Below the pieces are notes generated by a model. It was not told the DNA's origin. It saw only the letters and a list, made by a program, of their open reading frames with translations, and searched no databases. This document shows positions 39,422 to 48,065 of a stretch of 64,000 nucleotides of DNA, piece by piece; the first letter of the stretch is position 1, and every line of letters begins with the position of its first letter. Source of the stretch: a virus; IMG/VR virus record IMGVR_UViG_3300035232_000745; one strand, given 5' to 3'. A program made the position numbers and the translations under genes.

Positions 39422-39450
39422 ATCTTACTTTAATATTGCGAAAATGTCAA
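39422..39450 (-). promoter_or_regulatory. Sigma70-type promoter TTGACA-N17-TAAGAT for gp45
   Basis: Hexamer match. Confidence 0.65.
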
Positions 39451-40316
39451 CTTTTTTTGTTTTTCTTGTAGCTTCGTTTAGAAGATGACTTATCTGCTGT
39501 CGCTGATACGCCAAGTGATCCTATAGCTCCCATATTTCCCTTGAAGATGTAAGTACCTATATGGTTTATCTTCATCCAAGGACACATCCAAACTTTCATT
39601 CCAGCTTTACGAGATTGTCTGCAAAAGAAGTAATCTTCACTTAGATATCTTTTTGATCCTGCATCAATAACACAATCGAAGTAAGCCATAATCTCATTCG
39701 TGCCGTCAAAGTTTTCAGTGCGGGCATGATCTGGTTTGTATGAATATTCTGGGTAAGCTTTTTTGTATGTTTCAAAAGTTTCTCTTGGAATACACATAAA
39801 TCCTGTACCGCCTTCACCGATTTCTAAAGGTTCTGCCATATTAAAACTTTTAAGTTTATTGACTGGATTAAACACATAATCAGCAGTGTATTGGTCAAGT
39901 TCAAAGGGCGATTCATCTGCTTTACCTTGATCTGCCGCGGCTTTTACTTTTTCCCAAGCTATAGTTTTCTTTGGATATGGTCCAGTAACAATATTATATT
40001 TTTTAGGATCTGCTACTTGTATGGCAAGCATGCCAAGAACATCTCTTGGATCAAAAGCAATATCGCTATCTATGAATATTAGATGCGTACAATCAGATCT
40101 CATAAATTCATCTACCACGTAATTTCTTGCTCTTTGAATTAAGCTTTCATTAAACAAATAATAAAACTTAATCGTAATGCCATTAGCAGCGCATATCATC
40201 GCTAAGTCTGTGCATGATTTAGTATAAGAACCAGTGCAATTACCACCGTACATTGGGGTACCTACAAATATCTTGTATTTTCTAAGTTCTTCCACTGAAA
40301 TTTGTAAATTAGCCAT
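39447..40316 (-). CDS. GT-A fold glycosyltransferase-like protein
   Basis: GTPMYG, SLIQRARN, FIDSD (DxD), GTGFM, LSEDYFFC, H.G motifs. Confidence 0.78.
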   Translation of the reverse strand: MANLQISVEELRKYKIFVGTPMYGGNCTGSYTKSCTDLAMICAANGITIKFYYLFNESLIQRARNYVVDEFMRSDCTHLIFIDSDIAFDPRDVLGMLAIQVADPKKYNIVTGPYPKKTIAWEKVKAAADQGKADESPFELDQYTADYVFNPVNKLKSFNMAEPLEIGEGGTGFMCIPRETFETYKKAYPEYSYKPDHARTENFDGTNEIMAYFDCVIDAGSKRYLSEDYFFCRQSRKAGMKVWMCPWMKINHIGTYIFKGNMGAIGSLGVSATADKSSSKRSYKKNKKS

Positions 40317-40947
40317 TAGGTAACTCCATATCTAATTCTGCTCGAGTGATTGCCTGTAATCTCATGATATCAGCCGCTACATCATGTTTTGCATCGTGAG
40401 CGTTAAATGTAATTTCCCATTTTTCTTCGTCAGGAAACGGACAAAATCCGTTGTTTCCTGGAAAGTTGAACTTTGCATCGATATAAGTTCTCGTATCTCT
40501 TACTTTCCAATAAGGCAAGTAAGCACTTAATTGGTTCTTTTTGTTTGAGATCTCTGCCATTCTATCGAGAATAATGGGATCGAATGTGTTTGACCTACTC
40601 CACCAATAAGAAATCTTATTAGAGCTTAATAAGTAGTCAAGTAGTTTTGCCATGAATTGATTTGGGTTTAAATCGTCTTCGCTTGGTTTTAAGTCAACTC
40701 TTAGTGCAGCAGGTTTATCAAGCCACCATTGCAAATCTGCGCTAGTATACTTACAACCGTGATTCTGCATCTGGTCTTTAATGTCAAGTTTAGATTTCTG
40801 CATTGTAGCTACTAACTCTTGGAAAGAGTAAGGGTTATCGGATTCAAACCTATCCCATTCAAATGTAGTGTAAGCACAATTAATAACTGGTATTACTTTT
40901 GCATCACTACCGATGGTTTCGAAATCTAAAATAAAATCTTTTCTCAT
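40309..40947 (-). CDS. dexA: DEDDh 3'-5' exonuclease, DexA-like
   Basis: ILDFET, WSRSNTFD, RDTRT, HDAKHDVAAD. Confidence 0.88.
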   Translation of the reverse strand: MRKDFILDFETIGSDAKVIPVINCAYTTFEWDRFESDNPYSFQELVATMQKSKLDIKDQMQNHGCKYTSADLQWWLDKPAALRVDLKPSEDDLNPNQFMAKLLDYLLSSNKISYWWSRSNTFDPIILDRMAEISNKKNQLSAYLPYWKVRDTRTYIDAKFNFPGNNGFCPFPDEEKWEITFNAHDAKHDVAADIMRLQAITRAELDMELPNG

Positions 40948-40972
40948 ATTCTCACTTTCGTTACATAGTCGT

Positions 40973-41000
40973 ATTGTATATTGTATTGATAAAATGTCAA
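40973..41000 (-). promoter_or_regulatory. Sigma70-type promoter TTGACA-N16-TACAAT
   Basis: Hexamer match upstream of dexA. Confidence 0.7.
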
Positions 41001-42211
41001 CCGAAAAAGCTTTCGAGGTTATTTTCAGTTACATTCCATTGTTCTGTTGTTTCATCTATATTCGTTTGAAACAAAAAGTCTGTATCTGACCAAGGTCTAT
41101 TTCCTTCGAATACGTGTTTAATCTCAGTAGCCATATCCTTTGCTGTTTCGTAAGGAACGTTTTGGCAGATGTGATTGATAGAATTCTTTGGATCTAACAA
41201 CTCAAAGTCTTGAGGCAAACCCATAATAGTCATTGCTTCTCGAATAGTTATATATCTATCTTCGTATGGATGAGTTAACATTTTTGGGTAATGACCAACG
41301 AAAGCTCCAATATAATCTTTAGGAACCATTGTTCCTCTTCTCATAAGATTGCCTCCAGCCTGAAGCTTTTCATATTTACGTTCACATTTTGGAACTTCTC
41401 TATGATATCCGTTATCACCCATCCATTTAGCTATTCTTTTATAGTCATGACCTGCACGTTCAATCGCGCATTCAGCGTCATTTGCCCTTACGTTTTTTGT
41501 TACCATTATATCATGATATTCTCTATGAGTAATCCCACCATGAACTTCTTCTAAAAGGTAACGATAGTAAGGATCATCCTTAGAAGGAATTTTCTTATTG
41601 ATCACATCCATTTGAGTATTTGATGTTACACCGTTAATAATATCTTCTATTTTCTTGTGAGGTTTATTATAAAAGTGCAGAACAGGAGTTTTTTCACCGA
41701 ACATGTCTTTCTTCCAAAAGAAATAAAATGTACGCTTTCTGAACTGAGGAACACCATGTTTAATATTTTTAGTAAGATATAAAGACATCGAATAACCATT
41801 ATCTAATCCGATTTGTCTAAGCTTATTAAGCATAAACTCGCCTATCTTTCCAGATAGTGATGCAGCGTTCTCTCCCCAAAATACGTTTGGCTTTACGTTA
41901 GAAAGAATATACTCTGCGCTTAGCTCCATCCATTGGTTATTCTCGTTTGTTTCGCCGTGAGCATGATGCATAGTACTTAAACCTGCACACGGACAAACAC
42001 TTGATACAACATCTATTTTCTGGTTTAAGTCAGGAGATTGGCCCTTATCGAGAATATAATAAGGAACTTTATTTTCCCAATAATTCAAAAGATGTTGTTC
42101 ATTATCTTTAAATGCTTCATACGATAAAATATACTCTGGCTTTGAACCAAATACTTCTGTAGATGCAAGAGCTTCACCACCTATTAAGGGTATAATAGTG
42201 GCGTGCTTCAC
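40997..42211 (-). CDS. C5-cytosine methyltransferase-fold protein with atypical SAM motif I
   Basis: CPCAGLS (IV), ENA (VI), GVPQFRKRTF (VIII), RYITIREAMTIMGLP (IX), QNVP (X); motif I reads PLIGG. Confidence 0.8.
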   Translation of the reverse strand: MKHATIIPLIGGEALASTEVFGSKPEYILSYEAFKDNEQHLLNYWENKVPYYILDKGQSPDLNQKIDVVSSVCPCAGLSTMHHAHGETNENNQWMELSAEYILSNVKPNVFWGENAASLSGKIGEFMLNKLRQIGLDNGYSMSLYLTKNIKHGVPQFRKRTFYFFWKKDMFGEKTPVLHFYNKPHKKIEDIINGVTSNTQMDVINKKIPSKDDPYYRYLLEEVHGGITHREYHDIMVTKNVRANDAECAIERAGHDYKRIAKWMGDNGYHREVPKCERKYEKLQAGGNLMRRGTMVPKDYIGAFVGHYPKMLTHPYEDRYITIREAMTIMGLPQDFELLDPKNSINHICQNVPYETAKDMATEIKHVFEGNRPWSDTDFLFQTNIDETTEQWNVTENNLESFFG

Positions 42212-43314
42212 GAAAAGAAATCTTCTATAGTATTTTCTTCGATATCATTATATTCTTTGCCTTGCCAATGTGGATAAAACTCTCTAGAAAGATGGACAGA
42301 CTTTGGACTTTCCATTGCTTTAAAATCAAGTTCTCCTATGCCATTATAGAAATGTGGTGTAATCCATTCCTTAAATTGTACATCTGTTCCTTGAACCTTA
42401 CTCATAGCATATTCTTTAAAATATAAGCGTGCATCATTACGCTCAGCCCAAGAGCCGAAGAACTTTGTGCCTTTATACATGCCAGATTTTGGCAAGTTGC
42501 GGCGTTCATTTTCGATTGGTAATAACTCACAAATCACTTTACTTTCCATATCCAAAGAGTCTACAGCTTCAACATAACGGTCAACAAGAGTTCTTATCGC
42601 TTGTTTAGTATCGTCTTGTCTGCAAAGATGGTGTCTAATATCGATGTTACCAAAGTAACACTCAATATGTTTAACATTATCTCTATTTATGAAACTTTCA
42701 AGGCCCATTTCTAACGCACCATATAAAGTTTTAAATTGAACTGAATTGACATTGTAACCAGGTCTATACATTGAAATAGCATGACTATCTCCAATAACCA
42801 TTCGATCCCAAGTAGGATGTTGTGGTTTGATAGTGATAGCGTTCTTCTGCATTTCTCTTAGATTATCTAAATCTACTTCTCTAAACTCTGGAACTACAGA
42901 ATCAAGATTACCTTCTTTTGCTTTCATAGCGTTAAGCTTATATTCTAACATTGATGCATAATCTGGCATATCATATTCTAATGAATAGACTTGACCTTTA
43001 AATCTGGAAATATTACGAATGTTATATGCATGAGGAAAACCTTTTGTTCCTCCAAAGAAATTAATATCTGTTGCACCTTCTTTACGATCATTACCATGAT
43101 AGATATAAAGATTGTCGTATTGATTAAAATCTTCTTGTTTAGCTGCTTCTTTTGCGGCCGCACCCTGAACAGAAGATTTAGACATAATAATTTTCATTTC
43201 ACCAACATCAAGGTAATGACTAATCATATCCGCATAAATTACACCTTGCGCAGCTCTATGGTTTGGCAATTGAAAAGATATGGGAACAAAAGGCGATGCC
43301 ATTGCTGATTTCAT
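42208..43314 (-). CDS. SGNH/GDSL-hydrolase-like protein of the DNA-modification locus
   Basis: IGDSH, FGNID and SVHL blocks in SGNH order. Confidence 0.55.
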   Translation of the reverse strand: MKSAMASPFVPISFQLPNHRAAQGVIYADMISHYLDVGEMKIIMSKSSVQGAAAKEAAKQEDFNQYDNLYIYHGNDRKEGATDINFFGGTKGFPHAYNIRNISRFKGQVYSLEYDMPDYASMLEYKLNAMKAKEGNLDSVVPEFREVDLDNLREMQKNAITIKPQHPTWDRMVIGDSHAISMYRPGYNVNSVQFKTLYGALEMGLESFINRDNVKHIECYFGNIDIRHHLCRQDDTKQAIRTLVDRYVEAVDSLDMESKVICELLPIENERRNLPKSGMYKGTKFFGSWAERNDARLYFKEYAMSKVQGTDVQFKEWITPHFYNGIGELDFKAMESPKSVHLSREFYPHWQGKEYNDIEENTIEDFFS

Positions 43315-43323
43315 AATATTCTC

Positions 43324-43959
43324 CTAAACAGTTTTTCTAAATTCTTCGTATTCATTTTCTAGAGTAACCCATTGCATTTTAGTAAGGCCCGACCAAGAAT
43401 GTCTTCTATCCCATACTATCCACATATAAGCAATCATACCACCTATCTGATCTTCTTTTTCGATAGGTTCTATATGATCTGAACTGAATTTAACTCTATC
43501 AGATAAAAAGATTATATCACTAGGAGGATTATTTGTAAACAATTTCTTTCTCTTCTTACCCTCTAAAAATGTAATACGTAAAAACATTGCAGTATAGTCA
43601 TATTCAGATATGAATTTCTCTGCTAGTTTTCTTGGTAAATCTTTGTGATAAGGAGGATTTGTCACAACACCATCTGCAAATTGCGGTTGCAGTTCCATTG
43701 CATCATAAGGTGTGTGGACTTCAGTCAAGCAATTATCATAAGAGTTTAAATCATAACTAGTTACGCTGTGACCCATTCTTTGAAGTTGCTTAGATATATT
43801 ACCACGGCCAGCACAAGGCTCAACAATATTTTTTGGCGGTTTACAATACTTTCCTAGAACGAATGTTGCCAAAGGAGGTGTTGGATAAAAATCATTCTGT
43901 CTTCTATTAGCATCGTCCTTTTTTACTCCGGTGTAAATATCAGTTAAATTAGTTGCCAT
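43324..43959 (-). CDS. DNA amino-methyltransferase (N6-adenine type)
   Basis: DFYPTP, EPCAGRG, TNPPY. Confidence 0.88.
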   Translation of the reverse strand: MATNLTDIYTGVKKDDANRRQNDFYPTPPLATFVLGKYCKPPKNIVEPCAGRGNISKQLQRMGHSVTSYDLNSYDNCLTEVHTPYDAMELQPQFADGVVTNPPYHKDLPRKLAEKFISEYDYTAMFLRITFLEGKKRKKLFTNNPPSDIIFLSDRVKFSSDHIEPIEKEDQIGGMIAYMWIVWDRRHSWSGLTKMQWVTLENEYEEFRKTV

Positions 43960-43964
43960 CGATA

Positions 43965-44486
43965 CTACATTCTAATTTCAATAATGTCATTCCAAAACTC
44001 TTTCTTCTTTTTTCCGTGTATTATCAAATGCAATCTTTCTTCGTCAGATTTATTTTCGACCCAATGAGAATAGTGTACATTCAAAACAAATGCTGCACCT
44101 TTATGGTATGGTACTTCTTCTCCATTCAGAATGAACTTACTTCCATTAGGATATGAAATTGACATATTAAGAGTATCTAGCCAATTGTGTTCTGGAACAT
44201 CGCTGTGTTCAGCAATATATCCCTCAGGTTTTATAACTAAAAATCTAACGTCATCTAGTCTATCATATGGTAATGATTTGATGAACTCTACGGTCTTAGT
44301 ACATTTTAATCCTACCTCTGTAATATTGTCTTTAATGAATAAAGATGCTGCAAACCAGTCCTTATGACCATCTTGCGGTCTATTGATAACTAATTCTTCT
44401 TTGACTGATAGGTATTCTTGTTCTATATCGTAACAAGGAATATCGAAATTCATCTTTACCCATTGAGCATCGCTATTTCGGTGCAT
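43965..44486 (-). CDS. 2OG-Fe(II) oxygenase, aspartyl/asparaginyl beta-hydroxylase-like
   Basis: IAEHSD...HWVENKSDEERLHLII (HxD...H...R). Confidence 0.8.
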   Translation of the reverse strand: MHRNSDAQWVKMNFDIPCYDIEQEYLSVKEELVINRPQDGHKDWFAASLFIKDNITEVGLKCTKTVEFIKSLPYDRLDDVRFLVIKPEGYIAEHSDVPEHNWLDTLNMSISYPNGSKFILNGEEVPYHKGAAFVLNVHYSHWVENKSDEERLHLIIHGKKKKEFWNDIIEIRM

Positions 44487-45031
44487 TAAACCAATTCTTC
44501 TTCTTTCAAGCCATAGATATCTACACCAGCTTCCATTAGCATCGGCCTAGATTGTTTATTCCACATATCAGTCCATGTTTCGGGGGTAGAGTCTGTAGGT
44601 AACATTATCCAGAGAGATTTTACACCAGCTTGAATAACACATTTAGTACAGTCTGAACAGACCGGTAATCCATAAACATAAAGAGTTGCTCCTTTTAATG
44701 ATACGCCATTATATAAAGCATTCATCAAAGCATTCATTTCTGCATGAACAATACGAGGATATTTCTCAGCTCTGTTATTTAATCTATCATCAGTATCAGC
44801 AATACCCTTTGGAAACCCGTTATATCCTGTCGCTAGAATATTTCTTTCATCGTTTACTGCTACAGCACCGATTTTACTAGAAGGGTCCTTACTCCACGTA
44901 GAAACCATTTTGGCCATATTCATGAAACGAATTGGCCATTTAGTTGTACTAGGATCTAAGAAACTATCTACGGGGTATTGTTTGTACATTCTTTTCATAT
45001 ATTGATCGTATGGTTCGTAATCATCAATCAT
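44486..45031 (-). CDS. cd: dCMP deaminase
   Basis: SKDPSSKIGAV, TGYNG, HAEMNA, PVCSDC. Confidence 0.93.
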   Translation of the reverse strand: MIDDYEPYDQYMKRMYKQYPVDSFLDPSTTKWPIRFMNMAKMVSTWSKDPSSKIGAVAVNDERNILATGYNGFPKGIADTDDRLNNRAEKYPRIVHAEMNALMNALYNGVSLKGATLYVYGLPVCSDCTKCVIQAGVKSLWIMLPTDSTPETWTDMWNKQSRPMLMEAGVDIYGLKEEELV

Positions 45032-45242
45032 CGGATATCATCCTTGTTTCCATTTTTTCTTTTATATCGTAAACTTTTTCTTTCTCAATAATAGATATTA
45101 TGAGCTTTGTTAAGTCTAGGTCCTTTTGTAAGAACATCATTTTCTGTCGAATTTTTTTAATTTCACCTTCGTAAAATTCTATTTCTTTTTCTTTACGAAG
45201 TTTGGTTTCTAGTATGTCTGTAATTTTTATTAGTTTGCTCAC
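45024..45242 (-). CDS. Small coiled-coil hypothetical protein
   Basis: 72-aa ORF, GTG start with GGAG SD. Confidence 0.7.
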   Translation of the reverse strand: MSKLIKITDILETKLRKEKEIEFYEGEIKKIRQKMMFLQKDLDLTKLIISIIEKEKVYDIKEKMETRMISDD

Positions 45243-45244
45243 GT

Positions 45245-45922
45245 TTACTCCACTAAATTAAAGTGACGCTCGTACACGTGCAAGTTCATTACTTGCCAAG
45301 TAAGATCACCTTTTGTAAGGTTATGTCCTTCTTCATTTAGATTATCAATAGCTCTATCCATAAGGTGTTGAGCCCACGCATAATCATTCTTGTAACCAAA
45401 GACTACATCGTTTGAACGCATTTGTGATACCATATGCAACTTATTATCGCGAATATAGAACGTTTGCGCATTAGTACAAATGAAATCTGATTTACCATTC
45501 TCGTTGTATTCAACCCAAATAGATGGACGATTATAAACCATCTGAGCACGACGGCTATCTGGATTAGCAATCAACTCTTCAATTGCACTATAATATTGAT
45601 TATAAAACTTTGGAGAGTCTACAAGATGTCCGTAGTTTGAATTGATTTCACCGTTTTCATTAGCAGCATATTGCCAAGCAGCAGGCGGATCTTTATCTAA
45701 ACCATGAATATCCATAATATTAGTAGAACCGCTTTCATACCAAGCTAGCTCTGCATCAATATAAGATTTAACAGGTGTGCCAAAGATAGCTGGTTCATCA
45801 GCAATAAATGATGCACCTAACATTTCAATTGTTTTAGCACCGGTTTTGTCGATGGTAAAATTCTTATCGCTTAGTTCGTTAAAGAAGTATTCACGAATAT
45901 TACTTACATTATTTTGTTTCAT
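45245..45922 (-). CDS. gp42: dCMP hydroxymethylase (T4 gp42-type thymidylate-synthase homolog)
   Basis: ELAWY, INSNYG, DFICTN, MRSNDVVFGYKNDYAW, NLHVYERHF. Asp at the position of E. coli ThyA Asn177 indicates dCMP specificity. Likely start 45922; the ORF track gives 45952. Confidence 0.88.
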   Translation of the reverse strand: MKQNNVSNIREYFFNELSDKNFTIDKTGAKTIEMLGASFIADEPAIFGTPVKSYIDAELAWYESGSTNIMDIHGLDKDPPAAWQYAANENGEINSNYGHLVDSPKFYNQYYSAIEELIANPDSRRAQMVYNRPSIWVEYNENGKSDFICTNAQTFYIRDNKLHMVSQMRSNDVVFGYKNDYAWAQHLMDRAIDNLNEEGHNLTKGDLTWQVMNLHVYERHFNLVE

Positions 45923-46217
45923 ATCTATCATCCATATCTTTGCCTTCATCATAAGCTACGCGAAGGATCATTAGCTGAGTTAATGCATGGTCTAAATGAA
46001 GAAGACCAGATTCTGGATCAATATCTTCTTTATCCCAATAGGCCATGAGGTGACGCTGAAGAGAAGAATAAGATCTGCCCCATTCAGTAGTATTAATATC
46101 ATCACGCCAATTGTTTTCAGAATATTTGGCTGCACCAAAAGCAAATACCTTAGCTGCAGCTTCAATAGCTACTGTAGGTACAAGATGAATTGGTGGTTTG
46201 TTATTGTCGTATTTCAT
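45909..46217 (-). CDS. DUF5664 (dNTP diphosphohydrolase-like) protein
   Basis: KYDNNKP..LVP...FGAAKYSENNW...DPESGLLHLDHA. Confidence 0.82.
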   Translation of the reverse strand: MKYDNNKPPIHLVPTVAIEAAAKVFAFGAAKYSENNWRDDINTTEWGRSYSSLQRHLMAYWDKEDIDPESGLLHLDHALTQLMILRVAYDEGKDMDDRYETK

Positions 46218-46250
46218 TATATAAAGTCTCCGTGTGTATTACATTGATAT

Positions 46251-46279
46251 ATTCTATCATGTAATTCTTCAAATGTATA
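46251..46279 (-). promoter_or_regulatory. Sigma70-type promoter TATACA-N17-TAGAAT upstream of DUF5664/gp42
   Basis: Extended -10 TG-n-TAGAAT. Confidence 0.55.
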
Positions 46280-46369
46280 CTAAGTTTTTTCTTTTTGTGC
46301 TTTTAATGCTGCAAGAATATAACGTCTATGCTGTCTATATTCTAATACTATTTGTGCAAATGTTTTCAT
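46280..46369 (-). CDS. 29-aa basic peptide (MKTFAQIVLEYRQHRRYILAALKAQKEKT)
   Basis: ATGA overlap with upstream stop; manual translation. Confidence 0.45.
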   Translation of the reverse strand: MKTFAQIVLEYRQHRRYILAALKAQKEKT

Positions 46370-47442
46370 GCTAGAAACTCCATTACTGAGTGTGAACTAC
46401 TTACTTTCTTTTCTAATGCAGCAGGCCTCCATATATCTGGATACATTGGCTTGTCGTCTTTATCCATCATATAATATCCAGAAGCATTTCTTAAGCCTCT
46501 GCCTGAGCGATCAAGATTATTTAAAAACCTTACGTAAATACATAAAGTATCTTCATGCGCAACAGCACTTGTACCAAGCTTTTCTGTAAGATCTGCAAGT
46601 GCTAAATCGTGATATTCTACTTGACTCATTCCTTTAGGTTTATGAAACATTTGTTCAATTGCTTGTCTTGCGTTATTACCACAATATAAACTAGAATTTG
46701 GATCAACGTATTCTGGGTGGTATGTAGCAATATCAGCAATCATTTGAGCATAAGGAAAGTTCCAACGACGAATACCTCTATCTATATTCTTCTGATTAAG
46801 TCTATCAGTTAATTCTTTCTGATCTAAAGGAGCACCATTATTCATAGCTAAATTTTCTTTTAGCCATTCAGTTAATTGTTTCATAAGATCTAAACCGAAG
46901 CTCGTAATGTGTTCTGGTAAATTCATTCCTTTTATCGGAGTTGGGTTTTGGTTACCAATAGTAGAAAACATTTTTCTATCAGCAGCTTTCCAAACCTTCA
47001 TTAGATCTGCCATTTCATCTGCAGTTTCTAATAAACCAAAATGAGATACAATAGAATGATGATATCCATGCCAATCCTTGCCGGCATAAAAACCAGAGCC
47101 AGTACTACGATGAACATAATAGGCGTAAACATATTCGAGTAAAGACCATTTGTCTGTTACATAATTTTTAACACGTTCTTGTACATCTACTGGTCTTTTC
47201 TTAAATACTATTTGGTTTGTTCCATAATTTATATCTTGATTAACATTATTAAAGCCTTCGTATGTACGAGACACACAATTATAAGCTGGAATATTTTGCA
47301 TTAATGGATCATTGATATTTTTATCGGCCTCGGGCCCAAGATAATCGAGATCACCGATTAAACAATTTTCTTCTAACCATTTAGATTTAGGCCAGAAGTA
47401 ATCTACGTAACAATCATAATTTGGTCTTGTTTCAAGTTGCAC
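46366..47442 (-). CDS. aGPT-pyrophosphorylase / amino-acid:DNA transferase-like protein (HhH-glycosylase-related fold)
   Basis: FPYAQMIADIA...YCGNNARQAI...HEDTLCIYVRF matches the family's F..Q...D / G..A / E..LC layout; located in the modification cluster. Confidence 0.65.
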   Translation of the reverse strand: MQLETRPNYDCYVDYFWPKSKWLEENCLIGDLDYLGPEADKNINDPLMQNIPAYNCVSRTYEGFNNVNQDINYGTNQIVFKKRPVDVQERVKNYVTDKWSLLEYVYAYYVHRSTGSGFYAGKDWHGYHHSIVSHFGLLETADEMADLMKVWKAADRKMFSTIGNQNPTPIKGMNLPEHITSFGLDLMKQLTEWLKENLAMNNGAPLDQKELTDRLNQKNIDRGIRRWNFPYAQMIADIATYHPEYVDPNSSLYCGNNARQAIEQMFHKPKGMSQVEYHDLALADLTEKLGTSAVAHEDTLCIYVRFLNNLDRSGRGLRNASGYYMMDKDDKPMYPDIWRPAALEKKVSSSHSVMEFLA

Positions 47443-47453
47443 GTCTGACTCCT

Positions 47454-48065
47454 TTATAAGTTATGATTATATATACAACGGGTTTCTTTTCTGTGGTTAT
47501 AGAAGAATTTAAGTTTCTTAGATCCATCAACTTCTTCTGTCCAATTGTTATCGTAATCTGGATTACAAGGAGCAAGCGTTTCACGTATAGTATCAAAAGG
47601 TGCTACACATCTCCAACGTACATCATAAGTATTTTCTGCTACCTTTGAATAACAACCAAATATCACTACATCAACACATTCTGGATATAGCTTACGATTA
47701 CGTGCCAACTTATTACCCATATAATTAGACATAGTTAACCATTTCATTTCAAAACCTTCAGGCATTTTACCTGGATCTTGTGCATTCTTTACTTCACACC
47801 GCATACCATTCCACTCAACATCCCAATTATGTGAGTCTGGTATAGTATGATCAAATTCTGCTGTATTTTTTACTGCACCTTGACGTTCTAATGCGAACTC
47901 AAGTATAACACCTGCAGTCGTGTGTGCCATCACTGTTTCAAGAGTGCGGCCTCGTCTTTTTGCAGGGACATCATAAATGTCCTGTGCCATTGTTTTAATG
48001 TAAGAAAGCTCGTCATCGTTTAGTTCGATAACGAGCGCTTCAGGTAATTTTAAATTAGATATCAT
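47454..48065 (-). CDS. Putative PD-(D/E)XK nuclease
   Basis: G..LEFA...WDVEWNGMRCEVKN (E...D...EVK). Confidence 0.5.
   Translation of the reverse strand: MISNLKLPEALVIELNDDELSYIKTMAQDIYDVPAKRRGRTLETVMAHTTAGVILEFALERQGAVKNTAEFDHTIPDSHNWDVEWNGMRCEVKNAQDPGKMPEGFEMKWLTMSNYMGNKLARNRKLYPECVDVVIFGCYSKVAENTYDVRWRCVAPFDTIRETLAPCNPDYDNNWTEEVDGSKKLKFFYNHRKETRCIYNHNL

Noticed and set aside
45245-45952. Ordinary thymidylate synthase or dUMP hydroxymethylase call
   Set aside because: The specificity position is Asp (…GYKND) and the sequence follows T4 gp42 motifs, favouring dCMP as substrate
45909-46217. 2-aminoadenine (Z) genome suggested by DUF5664
   Set aside because: No PurZ-like gene in the window; context is cytosine modification
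39447-48065. Host-type restriction-modification or 7-deazaguanine system
   Set aside because: No Que/FolE/DpdA genes or cognate R-M architecture recognised; the genes are embedded in the phage replication module
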